A stretch of 64,000 nucleotides of DNA from Octopus vulgaris. Lineage: Eukaryota. The position numbers were made by a program, and so were the translations under genes. Shown in pieces: positions 47,884 through 61,836 of the stretch. The notes under the pieces were generated by a model. That model was not told where the DNA came from and ran no database searches. It worked only from the letters and a program-made list of their open reading frames with translations. Every line of letters starts with the position of its first letter. Within the stretch, counting starts at the first letter, position 1. The stretch covers positions 45,198,001 to 45,262,000 of the forward strand of contig OX597824.1 of assembly GCA_951406725.2 (NCBI GenBank). The letters are read 5' to 3'.

Positions 47884-49180
47884 CACACGCATACATATAT
47901 ACGACGGGCTTCTTTCAGTTTCCGTCTACCAAATCCACTCACAAGGCTTTGGTCGGCCTGAGTCTATAGTAGAAGACACTTGCCACGCAGTGGGACTGAA
48001 CCCAGAACCATGTAGTTGGTAAGTAAGCTACTTACCATACAGTCACTCCTGCACCCAGTCATCACCAACAATATTCTCAGACCATAACATAATAGAACTG
48101 ACAATGTATGGCCAGGAATTAACTAAAGGTAAGCTCCGCACAGATGGTACTCAAACCTTATCCAGCCTAAATTTTTATACAGCTGACTGGAAGTCACTTG
48201 AAAAACACATACTCCTGCAAGACTGGCCTAAAAGCCTCTCTATGCAAGATATAGAAATGAAACTCAATAAATTTATGTCAATAATGCAAGCGATATGCAT
48301 TAAATATGTCCCAGAGAAGGGAACTGATACATACAAAAACATCATTCCCCAAGACAGGAGAATACTCATGCGGAAGAGAATAAAGATCTTGAATCATTTA
48401 AACAAGCCTTAATGACAGTGTGAAATCTCACCTGACAGAGGAACTCTTTGAAATAGAAAATAAACTCAAAATCTTCCATGAAAGAGAAGACAGAGAAACC
48501 TGGTCAGTTGAAAATATAAAAAGAAATCCTAAAGCCTTCTACACGTTGGCAAAGGAGTCTGCTTCAGTATGCTATAAGATATGGCCACTATTTGGTAACA
48601 ACTAACTGCAGACACGGGGAAGATAAGTGAAGCATTAAATAAACAATTCCGAAGTGTTTTCACTTCTCTACTGAAAAATATGCAAATAAACAAGCCAAAG
48701 GAGTTTTGCAAATTAGTGAATCTATTTGGAAAAGAGGCAACCATTGATTACATCAACATAACAGAAGATGTAATATCAGCCATTGATGAGATGAGATCAA
48801 ACTCACAAACAAGCCCAGATGGACTCCCAGCTATTCTCTTAAAGACATGTAAAAAGGCTCTTGCAAAGCCACTGAAGATACTCTTTCAGAGTTTCCTTGC
48901 ATGTGGTAAACATCCCAACATTCCAAAAGATGGTATAATATGTCCTGTCCATTAAGGAGGGAGTAGAGCAGATGCTAAGAACTACAGGCCCATCTCTCTC
49001 ACCTCACATGTTAGCAAGATAATGGAATGTTTTGTCAGAAAAAGGCTGATCATGTTCCTATAAGAAAACAACCATCTCACAAACATGCAACATGGCTTCT
49101 CTCTGGGGAGGAGCTGCCTCACATAGTTGCTGCAGCACTTTGACTGGGTACTAAAGCAACAGCTAAACCAGTCAGCTGTA
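47575..49180 (+). mobile_element. CR1/L2-group LINE remnant (end of endonuclease to start of RT), interrupted by a SINE
   Basis: PTRRKNILDLCFTN, SDHNII, LNFYTADW, NIKRNPKAFY, SPDGLPAILLK, NYRPISLTS, QHGFSLGRSCLT; many stops. Confidence 0.85.
47672..48053 (-). mobile_element. Family D SINE nested in the CR1 remnant
   Basis: Reverse complement of 36887-37270. Confidence 0.88.
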
Positions 49181-49192
49181 GATATATGTATG

Positions 49193-49223
<31 letters not shown>

Positions 49224-49227
<4 letters not shown>

Positions 49228-51134
49228 AGCTGCTGGATCAGGTAATGAAGGTTACGGAGAGGGTTATAGCCCAACTAATTAGAGAGAGAGTTAGCTTAGA
49301 TGAGATGCTATATTCCTGGTAAGACAGCTGCAGGAGAAATACCTAGCCAAAGATAAGCCCCTGTACCTGGCTTTTGTTGACATGGAGAAAGCCTTCGACA
49401 GGGTCCCTCGATCCCTTATCTGGTGGTCAATGAGGAAACTAGGGATAGATGAATGGTTAGTGAGAGCTGTGCGAGCCATGTACAGAGACGCTGCTAGTAA
49501 GGTGAGGGTTGGCAACGAGTACAGTGAAGAATTCCAGGTAGAGGTAGGGGTCCACCAAGGTTCAGTCCTCAGTCCCCTCCTATTTATCATAGCCCTCCAG
49601 GCAATAACGGAGGAATTCAAGACAGGATGCCCCTGGGAGCTCCTCTATGCTGATGACCTTGCTCTAATTGCTGAGTCACTATCAGAACTGGAGAAGTTTC
49701 AGGTGTGGAAGCAAGGATTAGAATTGAAGGGCCTTAGAATCAACCTAGACAAAACCAAAGTCCTAATAAGTAGGAAGGTAGACCAATCACAAACGCCTTC
49801 AGGTAGATGGCCCTGCTCGATCTGTAAAAAAGGTGTAGGTAGAAACTCTATAAGGTGCACCAAGTGTAAGCTATGGACACATAAGAGGTGCAGAAATGTC
49901 AAAGGAAGGCTAACTAGGAAAATAGTTTTTGTCTGTGGCAGATGCTCAGGAGCAATAAACACTGAAAATGTGCAGAGACCAACTTCTACCACATTCCAGG
50001 GAGAAAAACTAGAAGTAGTTGATAGCTTCCGCTACCGAGGTGACCAAGTCAGTAGCGGTGGTGGGTGTGCTGAAAGTGTACCTGCTAGAGTAAGAATAGC
50101 CTGGGCAAAGTTTAGAGTGCTCTTACCCCTGCTGGTGACAAAAGGCCTCTCGCTCAGAGTAAATGGCAGACTGTATGATGCTTGTGTACGTACAGCCATG
50201 CTACATGGTAGTGAAACATGGGCTGTGACTGCTGAGGATATGCGTAATGAAGCCTGTATGCTCCGATGGATGTGTAATGTCAGTGTTCATAATCGACAGA
50301 GTGTAAGTACCTTGAGAGAAAAGTTGTACCTAAGAAGCATCAGTTGTGGTGTGCAAGAGAGATGTTTGCGCTGGTATGGTCATGTGACAAGAATGGCTGA
50401 AGATAGTTGTGTGCAAAAGTGCCACACCCTAGCAGTTGAGGGAACCTGTGGAAGAGGTAGACCCAGGAAAACCTGGGACGAGGTGGTGAAGCACGACCTT
50501 CGAACTTTAGGTCTCACCAAGGAAATGACTAGAGACCGAGACCTATGGAAGTATGCTGTGCGTGAGAAGACCCGGCAAGACTAGTGAGACCATAACCCGT
50601 GGCTTCTACCTGGTATATAGCCAGTCGACTTATACATACCTTTCCCTCTTGGGACACAAAACTCCACTTGTGAAGACCCATTTAGGCAAGTGAAAATCAA
50701 AATCAAAATCAAATCAGATATCAGAAAGCAGAACCAAAATCGAAGTCGATCAACACCAATGGAAATTGCAGCTCTGATACCAGTGCCGGTGACAAGTAAG
50801 TGAACCATCTGTTCGCGGCTGTTGCCAGCCTTGCCTGGCCCCCGTGCCGGTGGCACGTAGCACCATCCGTTCGTGGCCGTTTCCAGCCTCGCCTGGCACG
50901 TAAAAAGCACCATCCGTCCGTGGCCGTTTGCCAGCTCCGTCTGACACCTGTGCGGGTGGCATGTAAAAAGCACCCACTACACTCACGGAGTGGTTGGCGT
51001 TAGGAAGGGCATCCAGCCGTAGAAACACTGCCAGATCAGTCTGGGCCTGATGCAGCCTTCTGGCTTCACAGACCCCAGTTGAACCGTCCAACCATGCTAG
51101 CATGGAAAGCGGACGCTAAATGATGATGATGATG
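49224..51134 (+). mobile_element. 5'-truncated RTE LINE with reverse transcriptase ORF (49382-50584) and 3' UTR
   Basis: FVDMEKAFDRV, GVHQGSVLSPLLF, LLYADDL, PHD-like insert, MLHGSETW, LRWYGHV, GRGRPRKTW; (GAT)n tail; flanked by (TA)n. Confidence 0.95.
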
Positions 51135-51303
51135 ATATATATATGTATATATATATATGTATATATATATATGTATATATATATGTGTATATATATATGT
51201 ATATATATATATATATATATGTATGTATATATATATGTATGTATATATATGAATGTATATGTATGTATATATATGTATGTATATGTATGTATATATATGT
51301 ATG

Positions 51304-51344
<41 letters not shown>

Positions 51345-51461
51345 GTATATGTATGTATATATATATGTATGTATATATATATATGTATATATATATATAT
51401 GTATGTATATATATATATATGTATATATATGTATATATATATATATGTATATATATATATG

Positions 51462-51516
<55 letters not shown>

Positions 51517-51815
51517 GTATGTATGTATATATGTATATATATATATGTATGTATGTATATATGTATATATGTATGTATGTATATATGTATATATATATAT
51601 ATGTATGTATGTATATATGTATATATATATATGTATGTATGTATATATGTATATATATATATGTATGTATGTATATATGTATATATATATATGTATGTAT
51701 GTATATATGTATATGTATATATGTATGTATGTATATATGTATATATATATATGTATGTATGTATATATGTATATATATATGTATGTATGTATATATGTAT
51801 ATATATATATGTATG

Positions 51816-51854
<39 letters not shown>

Positions 51855-52333
51855 ATATGTATATATATATATATATGTATGTATATATATATATGTATGT
51901 ATATATGTATGTATGTATATATATATATGTATGTATATATGTATGTATATATATATATATATGTATGTATATATGTATGTATGTATATATATATATGTAT
52001 GTATGTATGTATATATATATGTATGTATGTATATATATATGTATGTATGTATGTATGTATATATGTATATATATATATGTATGTATATATGTATATATAT
52101 ATATATATGTATGTATATGTATATATGTATATGAATATATATATATATGCATGTATATGAATATATATATATATGCATGTATATGTATATATATATATAT
52201 GTATGTATATGTATATATATATATGTATGTATATATATATATGTATATATATGTATGTATATATGTATGTATATGTATATATATATATGTATGTATATAT
52301 GTACGTATATGTATATATATGTATATATATATG

Positions 52334-52378
<45 letters not shown>

Positions 52379-52672
52379 GTATGTATATGTATATATATAT
52401 GTATATATATGTATGTATATATGTATATGTATGTATATATGTATATGTATGTATATATGTATATGTATGTATATATGTATGTATATGTATATATATATAT
52501 ATGTATATGTATATATATATGTATATATATGTATATATATATGTATATATATGTATGTATATATGTATATGTATGTATATATGTATATGTATGTATATAT
52601 GTATATGTATGTATATATGTATATGTATGTATATATGTATATATATGTATATATGTATATATATGTATATAT

Positions 52673-52713
<41 letters not shown>

Positions 52714-52752
52714 TATATATGTATATATATATGTATATGTATATATATATAT
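51135..52752. repeat. (TA)n/(TATG)n compound microsatellite, ~1.6 kb
   Basis: Direct inspection. Confidence 0.97.
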
Positions 52753-53268
52753 TTGGTTGGCATCCTTTCTGTCTCGGGAGACAATGGAGTTGCGCATAAA
52801 GTAGTCTAGTCCGGCTTTTATATTTCATGTCCTGATACATTTCCTGCTGTGACTGTGTAGTCCTATCTCACTCGTGACTGTTACCTCCCGTGTTGTTTCT
52901 GCAGCTTTTTACAGAGGCACTGAAGTGTCCTCTCCAGTTTTGCGCAGGCCTGGGCTATAGATAAGAAAGTCCTGGGTAGCCCAATCGTCAGGTTTCCTCT
53001 CTCGACCTTGCTGATGTAGTCCAGTGGAGTGCAGTGCATTACGTTTGGCACCAGCTTGGTTGCAGGAGCTGCCGGAAGAGTGTCGAGTCGAACACTAGAC
53101 CGCCTTCGGGGCTCCACTCCGGATTTCCTTGAAGGTTGTCTCCTTTCCGTAACCCTTGATAGGGGCCCATACGGGGTACTGTCAGCCGGAGCCAGCTGAG
53201 CCCGGAACTCGTGTCAGGCAGGGTCGTCACTCCCTGAAGTAGTGAAGAAGTTCGCTACCCACTACCTT
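52753..53268 (-). mobile_element. Bipartite non-autonomous RTE (BovB/AviRTE-like) element: 5' UTR fused to 3' end
   Basis: GC-rich; minus strand ggagccccgaaggcgg...ttccggcagctcctgcaaccaagctggtgccaaacgta resembles RTE 5' UTRs; ends ccattgtctcccgagacagaaaggatgccaacc like RTE 3' stem-loop ends; family assignment from memory, not searched. Confidence 0.6.
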
Positions 53269-53269
53269 T

Positions 53270-53371
53270 TATATATATATGTATGTATATGTATATGTAT
53301 ATATATATATGTATATATATATATGTATGTATATATATATATACATGTATATATATATGAATGTATCTATG

Positions 53372-53403
<32 letters not shown>

Positions 53404-53428
53404 ATGTATGTATATATGTATGTATATG

Positions 53429-53459
<31 letters not shown>

Positions 53460-53613
53460 ATATATATACATGTATGTATATATGTATGTATATATATATA
53501 TGTGTATGTATGTGTTTATGTATGTATATATGTATGTATATATGTATATATATATATATATACATGTATATATATGTGTGTATATATGTATGTGTATATG
53601 TATATATATATAT

Positions 53614-53657
<44 letters not shown>

Positions 53658-53722
53658 ATGTGTATATGTATGTATATATATATATATACATGTATGTATA
53701 TATGTATGTGCATATGTATGTG
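53270..53722. repeat. (TA)n/(TATG)n microsatellite
   Basis: Direct inspection. Confidence 0.95.
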
Positions 53723-54323
53723 TTAAAAAAGTTAAACTTTATATTAAAATAAAAACTAGTTTATTTAGAAATAATACTATTCAATGAAAACATTATCTAA
53801 TTTTTTATCGTGTGATATATTAAATCTATAGATATTATACATGGATATTAATATAAAGAGTTTATATAATGGATTTGAATATATTTGTACTTTTTCAAAT
53901 TTTAGATTGTATTTATTCATGAATGGAATCGATTGAGTATATTAATTAGACGCTTATCATATTGATACATTTAAAATCTAGATAGATTAACAGAATCGTT
54001 GAACTTAGTAATTTAGTTTGCTTATCAATATTAGTTAGATTTTGCTGTTATTTTGACTTTGATTGTCGTTATTATTGTTATTGACTGGTTTGGTAGAGGA
54101 CTGGTGATTGTGATTGTACATCTTCATAGTGTATTGTTCTTTTTGTTCTAATATTTTTGCATCTTTCTTTAATATGGGGTTGATAGGTTTTCTTACTTTC
54201 CATTAACATATTATTCTCACTCTTATATCTTTTTATATATTTTGATAGATATTAGTTACGATAGATATTAAATATATCTTTCTCTCTTTTTTTTTTATTA
54301 TAATATATTATATTATATTATAT

Positions 54324-54366
<43 letters not shown>

Positions 54367-55004
54367 TAGCTTATGTATTTGTAATATTAAATTTTAAGTT
54401 AATTAGGTATTATATTATTTGATATTTAGTCAACTTTGTTTTAGATTGTTATATTAAATCTATAGATACTACACATGTATATTTATTATATGATTAGCTT
54501 ATTTAAGGAGTTTGTCTATATTTGAAACATTTCTTATTTTGATTACAGTTTAATGACTTGTACTAGCTTTGTGTATTTTATTTAATTTTAAAGTATTTAA
54601 TTTTTTAAGTATTATTTTATTTTTCATATATATTTCATATATATATTAAATTTATATATTAGGATTTTCATATATATATTAAAGTAGATTTATTAATTAA
54701 TTATTGTATTGTTCTAGTTTATTTTTAACTTAATGAGTGACTATATTTATATTGAAGTGATTTCTCTACTACTATAATCATTTCTTAAATATAGCCATGA
54801 AACACGTGTCGTTTTTCTACCTATTATATACGTTTTTATTATTATTTTTTGCAATTTACTTAATCTTTACATTTTATTGTTATTTTAATTTTAATTTTTC
54901 TGTAATATGTAATTTTCTAGATGGTGTAATTTAATTGTTCATTTTGAATTGATAAAAGGTGGTTTTTTTCTAATTTAATATATATATATGTATATATGTA
55001 TATA

Positions 55005-55068
<64 letters not shown>

Positions 55069-55187
55069 AAATGTTTTATATATAAAGAACGTGAAATACA
55101 GGAAGGGACAAACACGGAACATAGACAAATCATTCGAAGCCTTCAATCTTCAGTCAGACACCGAATCATCATAGCAAATTTCGGCTG

Positions 55188-55736
<549 letters not shown>

Positions 55737-57110
55737 GAGAATCGTGATGTTGTAGGAGAGAAATGTGTTTGCATGGATGATGGTTCACTTGCGCTAAATG
55801 AGGCTGCAAATAGAGAGGTTTGGAGACGCCCCTATGAAAGGTTGCTGAATAAAGAAAATGAATGGGAGAAAGAAAGTCTGCTGAATGTTGACCCAACAGA
55901 GGGACCAGCTATCCGAGTTGATAGTACCTTGGTAGATAAAGCAATTAAGAGTATGAAGACAGGGAAAGCCTCCGGCCCATCAGGAATTACTGCAGAGATG
56001 CTCAAAATATCTGGCAGTGTCGGCTATAGCCTAGTCACCCATATAGTTAACCAGGTGATACACGAAGGAGTCATACCCAATGACTGGTGTTGCAGCATAA
56101 TAGTCAACTGCTACAAAGGTAAAGGTGACGCTTTAGATATAAATAATTAGAGGTATCAAGCTGTTGGATCAGGTAATGAAGGTCACGGAGAGGGTCATAA
56201 CCCAACTAATTAGGGAGAGAGTCAGTTTGGATGAGATGCAGTTTGGTTTCGTGCCAGGGAAAAGCACCACTGATGCTATATTTCTGGTACGACAGCTGCA
56301 GGAGAAATACCTAGCCAAAGATAAGCCCCTGTACTTGGCTTTTGTTGACATGGAGAAAGCCTTTGACAAGGTCCCCCGATCCCTTATCTGGTGGTCAATG
56401 AGGAAACTAGGGATAGATGAATGGTTAGTGAGAGCTGTGCAAGCCATGTACAGGGACACTGTCAGTAAGGTGAGGGTTGGCAACGAGTACATTGAAGAAT
56501 CCTGGGTAGAGGTAGGGGTCCACCAAAGTTTAGTCTTCAGCCCCCTCCTATTTATCATAGTCCTCCAGACAATTACAGAGGAATTCAAGACAGGATGCCC
56601 CTGGGAGCTCCTCTATGCTGATGACCTTGCTCTAATTGCTGAGTCACTATCAGAACTAGAGGAGAAGTTTCAAGTGTGGAAACAAGGATTAGAATCGAAG
56701 GGCCTTAGAGTCAACCTAACTAAAACCAAAGTCCTAATAAGTAGGAAGGCAGGCAAACCACGAATCCCTTCAGGTAGATGGCCCTGCTCAATCTGAAGTA
56801 GAGGCATAGGTAGAAACTCTATAAGATGTACCCAGTGTAAGCTATGGACACATAAGAGGTGCAGTAATATCAAAGGAAGGCTAACTGGGAAGATAGTTTT
56901 CGTCTGTGGCAGATGCTCAGGAGCAATAAACACTGAAAATGCACAGAGAACAACTTCTGCCACATTCCAGGAAGAAAAACTAGAAGTAGTTGATAGCTTC
57001 CACTACCTAGGTGACCAAGTCAGTAGCGGGGGAGGGTGCGTTGAAAGTGTAGCTGCTAGAATAAGAATACCTCTGCTGGTGACAAAGGACCTCTCGCTCA
57101 GAATAAAAGG
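55737..57110 (+). mobile_element. RTE LINE internal fragment (pre-RT, RT and PHD insert), with nonsense codons
   Basis: [54 protein letters not shown]; closely similar to 49224-50160. Confidence 0.93.
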
Positions 57111-59270
57111 TAGATGCACACCATCTTCTTGTCTGTGTAAAGAAACTGTTGCATGGTCAACACCTTTGAAAATGTACTTGTAAAGATATTTCACAGCCTT
57201 AATAGATGCAAACCATTCAAGATTAATATGTGCCTCATACTTCTGCAACAACCAAGCATTATAAGGAATTACATAACAGTTATCAGCAACAATTTCTCTA
57301 TTTCCAATATGTATTGAAGCTGTGAAGCCACCATTTGGCGATGATATTGTGGATAAGAATGATTTCCAATTAAGGTTTGTGATCTGTAATCTTTTGGATA
57401 TCTTTTACTGCATACACCATTTACCATGCAGGGAGAATTTAAATTATTTTTTCCGCAGGGTCCAAGTATCATGTGTTTCTTCACCAAGGAATAAAGATGT
57501 GATGATAATAGTTTTTCAGGATTAGGAAGTTCAATATTATCAATTTCTTGCCCTGTGTTGTGATGATTTTGTATTATGAATAAGAAATGGCAATGAGGTA
57601 ATCCTCTTTTTTGAAATTCCACTGTGTTCACATGAGCAATAAGTTTCCCAAGGACTCCTGATTTGATATCGTGCAATAGTTGCTGTTGCTTTAATTTAAA
57701 TACTCTTACAGTGATATCTGGTCGGTCAACTGCCATCTGGCTCACAGAATGCTCGTTAACTATTTCATGCTATTTTGGGTTGCATGTAAAAATCAGAAAT
57801 AAAGTAGGTTTGCCAAACTTTCTAACTATGGCCATTGCATCCTGTTAGTGTTTTGCCATGTATCGTGGACTTCCTGTAAATGAACTTGATAATAAATATC
57901 TACGACCTGCAAATCAGCATTTAAGGTTGCTTGATTGTTACGAACTATCGTAGACGGGTGGATTGTACTTTGGCAAATTGATCTACACAGTGTTGGTGAA
58001 ACAAACGCTGACCTAATTGCAATATATTTTGTAGATCCTGTTCTTTTCATGATGCAATAACAGCAAAATTGAACTATCGAAATTTGACGGTTGCCATTTT
58101 CATTCATTAATGCAAGGTGCTACCCATCTAGGCCAGAAGGAAAAAACATGGGTACATCATTGGGTCATATGATAGATGCGAGTCACTTAGTATTTGTAAA
58201 GATTTTTTGTTATTCTTTGCTCTGAATTTTGTATAAGAATAGCAAGCTCATTAGAAGTTGGTAGATTATATCTCCTGGATTTTTTCCCATGAGGTGTTTT
58301 TTTGCATGTAAGCCAACTGACACATCAGCAGGAATATTTCCAGTGTCACTTTGCTCCTGCACGGATAGAAAAGATTGTAAGTATTTCCAGCAGATATCAT
58401 AGTAGAATGAATTTTTCAAAATGTGTTTACGTTGAAGGCTTGGTTTGCATTGTTAAGAGACATTCTTTGAATTCATCTTATTTGTTCTTCATGATCATAG
58501 AAATACATTTGTAAGGTAGACAGTACTGTTCCTATTTGGTTTCTAGATTCCATGTATTCTGTAGTTTGTAATTCCTCTCAATATTGAAGTGTCATCTACT
58601 TTCATAGAACACATTGCCATTGCACTGTTGAATCTTCGAATATTACATTTGAAATATTTTGCTTCAGGAGTTTTAGAAAGAAAGAGATCAGCAAGTTCGT
58701 TCAGCAACTCGGGGATATTTTCAATTTTTTTATTCCTGATTTACAGCATATACCAAAACTGGGATTGCATATTATTCCTCCTGTATGCTCTCCAATTAGC
58801 ATCAAAGCATTGCAGTGGTGGTAACGCACTTCCATGAGGCTGCTACTATGATGAACCTGTAGGTTCATCATAGTTCATCATAGGTTCGTCAACAGGAACC
58901 TGTAGAAGTCCTTCTATATCATATTATCGAGCTATATTAAGAGTCAGCCTATTATTGATTTGCTGATGTCTTCTGTGTTATGCTGCATTTTGTTCTAAAA
59001 TCTGCTCACATTGTTCTTGTGACAGTTGTTGCCTTGCATTTCAATGCTGAGCAGCATTTTGTTCTAAAATCTGCTCACGTTGTTCTTGTGACTGCGCTAA
59101 ACGGAGCTAATGCCGTCTTTCTGTATTCCTTTTACATTGCTCTTCTTTCTGCTTTTGAGTTTGCCTCAATCTTCGTAGTTGCTGACTCAAACATTTTGCA
59201 GTTCTTCTATGATTGGACCGTTCCATCTTCAATGAACAAATTTGAATTGAATATTTATTAATTAAATAGA
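57111..59270 (-). mobile_element. Helitron Rep (HUH endonuclease) region remnant
   Basis: DRPDITVRVFKLK...EFQKRGLPHCHFL (HUH), HMILGPCG...CSKRYPK, AHINLEW.ASIKAVKYLYKYIFKG. Confidence 0.88.
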
Positions 59271-59887
59271 ATAGTATGAAAATAAAAATGTAATAGTGAG
59301 ACAGGCAATTGTATTATGATGACAATATTTGTATCTTATTTACACAGCGTGAGGTCTAAAAATAACCAAACTTTCTCACAAACATTCACATGCATACTTG
59401 TGTGCACACCTACATATTGTTTTTATCTGGAATGTTAAAAAGTATAACGAATATGTTGACAGAGCTATGGAAACAGTACTCACATGTAACAGTAAATATT
59501 AAGAATGAAGTATCACTTGGCAAGAACTTAAAACATTGGTTAATGTTTACAATATTACCTGGAAACAAAGTTTTAAAAAATATAGTGCAATAAATGTGTA
59601 GGAAATGAATATGAAAAAAGAATGTGCGGAAAGCAATGGGGGGGGGGGTCTTTCCAAAGGATTGGGGAGAGGACTTCGGAAAATTCACAAGATCCAAGTT
59701 TTTTGCCCATAACTTGGTAACAGTTTATCTGCATTTTCAAAATTTCAATCCCCACCTCCCCATTTCTCACTTTTTCAGGAAATTTTTTTTTCGTCAGATA
59801 CGTAGAAAAATATGAAGATTACGATTCTTAAAAAAATTTGTTTGTAAAATTTCTATTTTTTAACATTAAAAAAATATATATATACCC

Positions 59888-60196
59888 CATGGTTCCGGGT
59901 TCAGTCTCACTGCGTGGCACCTTGGGCAAGTGTCTTCTTCTATAGCCTCAGGCTGACCAAAGGCTTGTGAGTGGATTTGGTTGATGGAAACTGAAAGAAG
60001 CCTGTCATATGTATATATATATATGTGTATGTATGTGTGTGTGTATATATGTTTGTGTATCTGTGTTTGTCCCCCCAACATCGCTTGACAACCGATGCTG
60101 GTGTGTTTATGTCCCCCGTAACTTAGCGGTTCGGCAAAAGAGACTGTTAGAATAAATACTAGGTTTCCAAAGAAAAAGTCCTGGGGTTGATTTGCT
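59888..60196 (+). mobile_element. Family D SINE, 5'-truncated
   Basis: Collinear with 36887-37270 from catggttccgggttcag. Confidence 0.85.
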
Positions 60197-60559
60197 CGAC
60201 TGAAGGCAGTGCTACAGCATGGCCACAGTCAAATGACTGAAACTGGTAAAAGAGTAACAACTAAGCCTTCAAGTAGACTAGCCACATGCTAGAAATAACA
60301 CCCAAATCTCACAAAACTGCGATAGCATAATGTAATCAATCTACTCACCTTTCTGCAAAGATTTCTTCCAAAGTAATTTCCCGCAGTAATATGACAAGTA
60401 ATTCATGGGAAATTAAAGTGGGATTTTATTGGTACTGTGGCTATTGTTTATACCAATAATGCTATTGTTGTTGTTACTATTGTGATTATTGTTATTATTA
60501 TTGGTTAGGTTAATATTATTATTTTCATTTCTATTGTTGCTGCTATTATTATTATTATT

Positions 60560-61280
60560 ATTATTATTGCCCAACAAATTTGACATAAGTAAACTTAGTA
60601 ATCTTAGATAAATATCTGCCAACACTCAAAAATAAAGTCAAACTAGAATTATGGAAAAACACACAAGGTGCACTGGATTGGGTCTCCAATGTACAGATAT
60701 GAAATAGATATAACCAAAAGTTCTTACAAATCGATATACAGAACTATTTGCATCTATAAACCCTGTTGTCCTTAATAATGCCCTCATTTTCTCCAGGAGA
60801 TATACCAACCTAAGTATGGGGGAGACAAATGTGATACTTACTGCCTGTAAGACTGTTATTGAATTTGATAACAAATTATAGGCGAGGAAAGATACACTAG
60901 ACCTCTTTGATATCACAATGGGATCGATGGACTTGGCAGAAGCAACAGACCTTGTAGGTCTATACATCCTGGATAATATAAGTAGAGAATTCCCCGAATT
61001 AGCTAAGAACGTTTCAAATAGACTCCTAGAAATACTAAAATAGAGATTACATAAATTTTTCAATAGGTTTGGCCTATCCATAACCATAGAAAATGAAAAC
61101 TATTCTATAAACTATTTAGATGCAAATTGTAGCTTAAATACTGGACTCCATGGGCTTTATACTAAAGAAAACTCTACACTAAGATATATAAACAGCTCTA
61201 GTAACCATCCCTTACAAATAAAAAAAGCCCTACTACTAAATATAAGTAAAAGAATTTCAAATCTATCCTCTACACAAGGA
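60560..61280 (+). mobile_element. Penelope-like element reverse transcriptase remnant
   Basis: LFDITMGSMDLAEATDLVGLYILD and YINSSSNHPLQIKK match Penelope-like RT motifs; frameshifts and stops. Confidence 0.75.
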
Positions 61281-61836
61281 AAAATATAACATATATAGGA
61301 ATGAAAGCATTAATATACAACCCCAATGCACAAACGATTCATTAATTGATTGGTTAATTTATTGATTGATTAGCTAATTGGCTGATTAGTTTACTATCTG
61401 ATGGTTTTAAGTATCTTATTCAATTTATAATGGTGAATCAAAGAGTTATCCCCCTTCAACTATCCAAAATATTATGAAAAAATGGTGCAACATAAACATT
61501 CTACTATTAGCTGGTACCTCCACTCTAGATTAGCAGCAGTCAGTGCTATTATCACCAACTCAAAATCTAGGTTACTTAAGGTGAGCCTGGTAACTGATGG
61601 TTTTGGAGTCTTGTGATTCGTAACTTTTGGCGAGCCATGGTGCAACCAACAAGATGGTAAAAATCCCTGCCATTAATTTGGTGTGGATGAGTAATATCAA
61701 ATAATTCAATAACATATATTTAAATTAAACATGAAAAGAATTGAAATATTATCAACACTTACATGGAAAAATTGAAATATCATCTTTCAGTATTTTATAA
61801 GTTAAAATCTTAAATTATTAATTGACACATTATTAA

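Noticed and set aside
49382-50584. Active or domesticated RT gene
   Set aside because: 5'-truncated, has an upstream deletion and small in-frame deletions relative to sibling copies, and ends in a LINE tail; a dead copy.
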